Source: a virus (taxonomy: Duplodnaviria; Caudoviricetes). Taken from it: a stretch of 64,000 nt of DNA. Within the stretch, counting starts at the first letter, position 1; each line of letters starts with the position of its first letter. A program made the translations under genes and the position numbers. Shown here one piece after another: positions 59,192-64,000 of this stretch. Location of the stretch: IMG/VR virus record IMGVR_UViG_3300028624_000003, positions 32,001-96,000 of that record; one strand, written 5' to 3'. Below the pieces are notes generated by a model that saw nothing but the letters and a program-made list of their open reading frames with translations, was not told the origin of the DNA and made no database searches.

Positions 59192-60913
59192 CTATTCTCC
59201 CAAGAAGAAGTTGGTATTCTTGACTGTACAAATTCCCGGATAATACCACATGCGTCTGAACCATCCGGAGAACGGACTATTACCGAAACGATCTGCGCCG
59301 ATGTGAAGATGAGAGGAATCTGCACGAATCGGTTTGGTCACTGCAATTTCTTGTACCGGACCATCAAACCCTGCAACGATGTGGTTCTGTGCAGAGTATG
59401 CATGTACAAGAGATACGAATTCTCTGGTACAAGGCGGACTCCACTTCCCGTACATTGCGATGTTGTTCGGATCATTCGCTGCGAAATAGAAACGGCGATT
59501 ATGGTTCGTGGGGAACTGACCACTCAGTGCAAGACCTGTAGGTCCATTAGCCAAGTTGTAGAGTACGCGATTGATGTCCGGGAGAAGACGACCGGAGTTC
59601 GTGCACTCAAAGATGAAGGTACCTTCATCATTATTGAGCCATCCTACAGTGGGAATCTTGAAGTTATGGACTCCACAAACTCCCTCGGTATCGGTGGATT
59701 CTACGTAAGGTACAAGCGGGCCTTCGTTGAATTGCACAGCATCGATACCGATCGCAGGATCTGCGACACCCACGTAATTATCGTCACCGTCGTAGATATC
59801 CAGAGGGTACATCGCTGGTTTGATCGTACCAGATGCTACAGGTCGGAATGACATCGACACACGGTAAAAACCAGAATGCAATTTCTGTATTTCTCCATAT
59901 ATCCGATTTTGATCAGATCCTGCGTTGATGAACACTCTCTCGTCGAGCAGGTCGAAATGTACGTACGAATAAGGTCCAGCATACGACCCGGGAAGCATGA
60001 TACCAAAACAGTGTCGACCTATGGGATACACAAACACTGAAATGGTGTACAGCTTGTCCGCTTCAACTGCCAGCCCTATCGCAGATGTGAGTTGATGGTG
60101 CACTGGATTAGCAGAAGCCACTTCCTTAAGAATATGCAGTGGTCCGTTCTTTCTGAGATTCTGCAGATTACCTGAGACGTCTTTGACGAGATTGGTAGTT
60201 TCCCAATACTCATTACCGAACTGCTCAGAATGCAAATATTTGTTCGTGTACTGCCCGGTGAGCGGAATTGCCGGGTCCCCATAGATGTAGTCTATAGGCA
60301 ATACACCAGCAGGAGCAGTACGGAGTACTCCATGTTCGTCTATGTACGATATCGGAGTTTCAGCAGTGACAATTGCTTTCCTGGGTATTCCAACCAATGC
60401 ATCTACTGCAAGAGTAGGAGTCAACTGTACAGTTTCTCCCGGGAAGAGCTTTGCGAAAATTGCATCGTGTGCGTTTGGATTGGTGTCGTGCTGATGCACC
60501 ATTGCAGCGGCTGCTTTCACCGAAGGTACCTGATCAAGTGCTTTACCTTCAAGTGCAGTGGTTACATCTGCGATCTTCACATACTGAAAAAGTACCTTCA
60601 GAAACTCTTCTCGTGTTCCGGAGTTTCCTTCGGACAACCACAGATTGTAGAGTTCCTGCAGTACACTTGTCCCCATCTTCGCCAAGTCAGTGTCGTGAGG
60701 GTTGTCGAAATCGTTGACGTGTTTGGTGATGAGACCCTGAATGTAGTCGATGTTTGCGGGATCAAACATACGACGTACTTCTTTCAGTAGAGTAAACAAA
60801 TCCGGTACAGTGAACTCATGTTCAGACTGTGGAATTACTTGACCGTCTTCCAGTGTATCAGTCTGCGCAAGTTCAAATCCGGAGATGGTCCAAATGATGC
60901 GAATAGGTGGCAT
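59192..60913 (-). CDS. Fibre/spike-like protein with a probable lectin-like C-terminus
   Basis: NPH motif, TNKYLHSEQF..W and EGTFIFE segments. Confidence 0.7.
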   Translation of the reverse strand: MPPIRIIWTISGFELAQTDTLEDGQVIPQSEHEFTVPDLFTLLKEVRRMFDPANIDYIQGLITKHVNDFDNPHDTDLAKMGTSVLQELYNLWLSEGNSGTREEFLKVLFQYVKIADVTTALEGKALDQVPSVKAAAAMVHQHDTNPNAHDAIFAKLFPGETVQLTPTLAVDALVGIPRKAIVTAETPISYIDEHGVLRTAPAGVLPIDYIYGDPAIPLTGQYTNKYLHSEQFGNEYWETTNLVKDVSGNLQNLRKNGPLHILKEVASANPVHHQLTSAIGLAVEADKLYTISVFVYPIGRHCFGIMLPGSYAGPYSYVHFDLLDERVFINAGSDQNRIYGEIQKLHSGFYRVSMSFRPVASGTIKPAMYPLDIYDGDDNYVGVADPAIGIDAVQFNEGPLVPYVESTDTEGVCGVHNFKIPTVGWLNNDEGTFIFECTNSGRLLPDINRVLYNLANGPTGLALSGQFPTNHNRRFYFAANDPNNIAMYGKWSPPCTREFVSLVHAYSAQNHIVAGFDGPVQEIAVTKPIRADSSHLHIGADRFGNSPFSGWFRRMWYYPGICTVKNTNFFLGE

Positions 60914-60925
60914 GTGACAATCTCC

Positions 60926-61894
60926 TTAGTCGAGATGTTCGAAGATATGTTCAACTTGTTCCGGTAGTAGTGCTTCCGGATAGATCACGAATTGACGCAA
61001 AGGACTCGTGTCAGTCATCTTGAGCAAGTCGCAGGTGAGTCTCCCTGTAGATGTAGACGAAGTACCCGGAGCATATCCCAACGCGATAACCTGAGTACCA
61101 AAAACCAAATCAAGTACGCCGTCGTATACGACTAATCCACACCGCACTACATCGAACCACGGGGGAATGGATATAACAAATGACAGCCCGTTATCCGCCA
61201 CAAGCTCTCGAGAGACAGCATCCAGACTAAGACGAACGGTATCGCCATTCTCCCACTTAAGGGTGGCGAACACACACGACTTAAGTTCAACACTCCAGAA
61301 TGCGGAAAACTCATCACCTGTACGACCCATGTCCATGACTATGTCAGTATAGTGGGTATCCTCAGTATTTCTGCGTAGCTCTATCTCTCTCGGAATTCCT
61401 ATAAATTTCGACAAGTTCAAAATCGGAGAATGGATCATCGGATCTCCAGGAATGAATGGATTGATGACTGCGGAATGAGCATTCAGTGCATCTTCATTAT
61501 GCAGGTCCAGATACTGTTTGAGTATAGCTACGGGAGGAACTGCTGTCTCGGAGATGCCCTCAATCATTTCGTCAAGTGTAGCGTATTTGACGTACTGGAA
61601 TATGATATCCGTAAACTTTTGCAATGATCCTGTGTAGCCCTCAGTGAGCCACGCTTCGTACAGTACTTGAATTACTTTTGTATGAAGTTGTTCCACTGTC
61701 AAGCGGTGTGGGTTGTCGAAATCGACCACATGGCGGTATAGCGCATCCACTGCATTTGCCCAGTTGATGAAAGTGGGGTTCTTGTGGATAGCATTGAGAA
61801 TACTGAGAATATCCTCAACAGATACTCCATCTACGTGGAGTGAATTGTTTGCGGTCAAATTGTGCAGACCTGAAAGTACGAATTTTTTATTCAT
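60926..61894 (-). CDS. Fibre-like protein, N-terminus paralogous to 59192..60913
   Basis: HVVDFDNPH...LYEAWL.EG..G....F....FQYVK shared with the downstream gene. Confidence 0.7.
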   Translation of the reverse strand: MNKKFVLSGLHNLTANNSLHVDGVSVEDILSILNAIHKNPTFINWANAVDALYRHVVDFDNPHRLTVEQLHTKVIQVLYEAWLTEGYTGSLQKFTDIIFQYVKYATLDEMIEGISETAVPPVAILKQYLDLHNEDALNAHSAVINPFIPGDPMIHSPILNLSKFIGIPREIELRRNTEDTHYTDIVMDMGRTGDEFSAFWSVELKSCVFATLKWENGDTVRLSLDAVSRELVADNGLSFVISIPPWFDVVRCGLVVYDGVLDLVFGTQVIALGYAPGTSSTSTGRLTCDLLKMTDTSPLRQFVIYPEALLPEQVEHIFEHLD

Positions 61895-61964
61895 GATAGA
61901 ATTACTCCGTAGATGGGATGGAGAAGCATAGCATGACAGATCTTAATTTCAAACTTGCTATATG

Positions 61965-61982
61965 TATATATCACTGATGTGA
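61965..61982 (+). promoter_or_regulatory. Phage early-type promoter motif (one mismatch)
   Basis: TATATATCAC-tgatg-TGA. Confidence 0.55.
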
Positions 61983-62018
61983 GATGAGATTACTAATCAC
62001 TAAATTCGGAGTCTGAAA

Positions 62019-62522
62019 ATGGATGACAGAATTTCATGGCATGACTACTTCATGGCACACGCAGTTCTCGCAAGTACCAGATCCACCTGTGTCCGTCGGA
62101 AGGTAGGTGCAGTTGCCGTAGGTAATGGTAGAACCATTCTGGCCACAGGTTACAACGGTGCACCACGGAATCATCCGCATTGTACAAAAGAGACGTGTTT
62201 GCGCTACGTTAAGAACATTCCTTCCGGCGAACAACTCGATGTTTGCCGCGCAATTCATGCGGAACAAAACGTAGTTATTTCTGCGGCAAGGAATGGGGTG
62301 TCTCTTGTAGGATCGACGATCTACTGCACTACTGCACCGTGCATCACCTGTCTCAAAATCCTATGCAATGTAGCGGTGGCGGAGGTGTACTACATGTCCG
62401 ATTACCCAGAAAAAGATGACCATCTCATTCTCAATGCAAGCGAATTTCAGGGCATCATAATCAAGAAATTCGAACCATCATTCGAACTAACGCTACTCCC
62501 ACTGAATACACAGGCTGAGTAG
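62019..62522 (+). CDS. dCMP deaminase
   Basis: RSTC.RRKVGA, TGYNG, HAEQN, PCITC. Confidence 0.92.
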   Translation: MDDRISWHDYFMAHAVLASTRSTCVRRKVGAVAVGNGRTILATGYNGAPRNHPHCTKETCLRYVKNIPSGEQLDVCRAIHAEQNVVISAARNGVSLVGSTIYCTTAPCITCLKILCNVAVAEVYYMSDYPEKDDHLILNASEFQGIIIKKFEPSFELTLLPLNTQAE

Positions 62523-62542
62523 TACTAGGAAAGGAGACACAG

Positions 62543-62998
62543 ATGCATCCACATCCACGTGAACTGATGGTATTACTTGAGCAGATGTGTTTAGCACTTC
62601 ACCTCAAAAGAATCGATTCTGCCCAGCAGGTTCGATTTGTGCTACCAGAAGACAATGCTGAAGTGATTCTTCTCTCTGATGCGGTGTGTATCTATTACCC
62701 GAAGAATATTGCGGTTGAGTCCCTTGAGGATATCAGCAAAGTACTACATGAATCTTACAATTCTGTGGTACTTGCAGTAGACTTCAAAAATAAGAGGTAC
62801 ATCAAACCTATCGCAGGAAAGCTCCAAAAGACGTGGATGCTCAGAGCATTGCGCGACGTAGTCGTGACATTTATTGCCGAGTGTGGGGGTCTCTCCTGTG
62901 TATGGAATGCACAAGATCTTGTACGACCAAAAGCAATCAAACCTGTACAACAGATTCCAGTCATCCACGCACGATCGATTCCGCTAGTACTATACTAG
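62543..62998 (+). CDS. Hypothetical protein
   Basis: AAGGAG RBS, 151 aa. Confidence 0.7.
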   Translation: MHPHPRELMVLLEQMCLALHLKRIDSAQQVRFVLPEDNAEVILLSDAVCIYYPKNIAVESLEDISKVLHESYNSVVLAVDFKNKRYIKPIAGKLQKTWMLRALRDVVVTFIAECGGLSCVWNAQDLVRPKAIKPVQQIPVIHARSIPLVLY

Positions 62999-63074
62999 AC
63001 AGATATCTACAGAGGGGAGGCAAGTGCCTCCCCTCTGTAGTGTAATTGAATTATGTCATTCATCTATTTTTAGA

Positions 63075-63092
63075 TATACATTACTATTTTGA
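63075..63092 (+). promoter_or_regulatory. Phage early-type promoter motif
   Basis: TATACATTAC-tattt-TGA. Confidence 0.7.
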
Positions 63093-63127
63093 TATCCACC
63101 CAACAATCTAACCGTAGGAGATTTATC

Positions 63128-63559
63128 ATGGCTACTATCAACGGCATCGAAATCGGTAATGTCGAAATGTTCATCGTCCCCAATGAGATCACGAAGATCT
63201 CAGCTCTGCACCCGTTCGTGGCGAAAGATGTCTTTCGCCAGTTCGACCAGATGGGATTCCAATACCAGGATGGCGACTACGCCATCCAGGTTTGGATCCA
63301 CTCGGAAGGACACGAGAACTGGGCATGCCACGGTGCGCCCTCTGTCGTGATCAAGGAACTGCGCAAGATCAACAACATAGAGGGACCGTCCCGCGGGATG
63401 ATCCCTGCCTTCGTACCCGCGAGCATCCTTCGCACGGCTCGCGAAGGATGGCCGATAGACCTCGGCCATCTAAAGGGTGTCGTAGCAAGGCAGCTCCCTT
63501 ACCGCCACGGCGAGTTTGGGACCTTTGAGGAAGTGTTCACCTCGCTGGTCTACCGCTAG
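63128..63559 (+). CDS. Hypothetical protein
   Basis: AGGAG RBS before ATG 63128. Confidence 0.75.
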   Translation: MATINGIEIGNVEMFIVPNEITKISALHPFVAKDVFRQFDQMGFQYQDGDYAIQVWIHSEGHENWACHGAPSVVIKELRKINNIEGPSRGMIPAFVPASILRTAREGWPIDLGHLKGVVARQLPYRHGEFGTFEEVFTSLVYR

Positions 63560-63631
63560 GTGATACAGTTGTAATGAGCAGATAGGGGTGGAGCGCAAGC
63601 TCCACCCCTATCTAAACCCACTTGCGGAGCT

Positions 63632-64000
63632 TTATTTTTTCTGCAACAGCTCGAGTACGTCGTACAGACTGAGGTATGGACGATCCTCGGTCTTTTCGCT
63701 GTACGACCAATGACCACGCGAATTCAAGATGTCTTCGATCTTGATGGAGTTACTCGCATGAATCTTCTCTACGAATTCTGTAGCAGTTTCGGGAATGTCA
63801 ACAGGCTGTGCTTTGGTATTCCAGTACATGGAAATCCATTTGAGCTGAGAGAGTATCTCCAAAGCACGACAGAGTTCGTAATTGTCTTTGAGAGTATCGA
63901 TGACGCTGTTTCTGTGAAGTAGGGTGTCTGGTGTCATCATGCAGTAACGGTTGTGACCCTTCTTCACGAACCCGAAGTCTTCGTTATTCTTCAGGAAGTG
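63632..64000 (-). CDS. Hypothetical protein (start beyond window edge)
   Basis: Frame stays open from 63967 to 64000. Confidence 0.55.
   Translation of the reverse strand, partial: HFLKNNEDFGFVKKGHNRYCMMTPDTLLHRNSVIDTLKDNYELCRALEILSQLKWISMYWNTKAQPVDIPETATEFVEKIHASNSIKIEDILNSRGHWSYSEKTEDRPYLSLYDVLELLQKK

Noticed and set aside
1-64000. Phage-nucleus genes (chimallin, PhuZ), RNA polymerase subunits and tRNAs
   Set aside because: None recognisable in this window, so nucleus formation cannot be claimed from it.

Overview
A 64 kb segment of a phiKZ-like jumbo myovirus genome (about 46% GC by eye). Family assignments are from motifs, size and gene order only; no database search was possible. The window holds core morphogenesis genes: likely portal, tail tube and sheath, three baseplate-type proteins, prohead protease, large terminase, major capsid protein and several tail-fibre-like proteins. 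It also holds replication and repair genes: DnaB helicase, the exonuclease half of a split family-B polymerase, RuvC, SbcC/Rad50 and dCMP deaminase. Islands of small hypothetical genes are each preceded by a conserved TATAYATTAC-N5-TGA promoter-like motif, and nearly every transcription unit is bounded by a long, near-perfect hairpin. The strongest unexplained signal is a ~1 kb interval without a credible ORF (about 30357-31370). It has its own promoter motif and a terminal hairpin, and is filled with nested helices whose G-U pairs all point to the + strand, plus a candidate pseudoknot: a probable large structured ncRNA. Other notable items are a metazoan-type thrombospondin-1 repeat in a probable virion protein, an active plus inactive ClpP-like pair next to the prohead protease, and a LigA-like protein lacking its adenylation domain.
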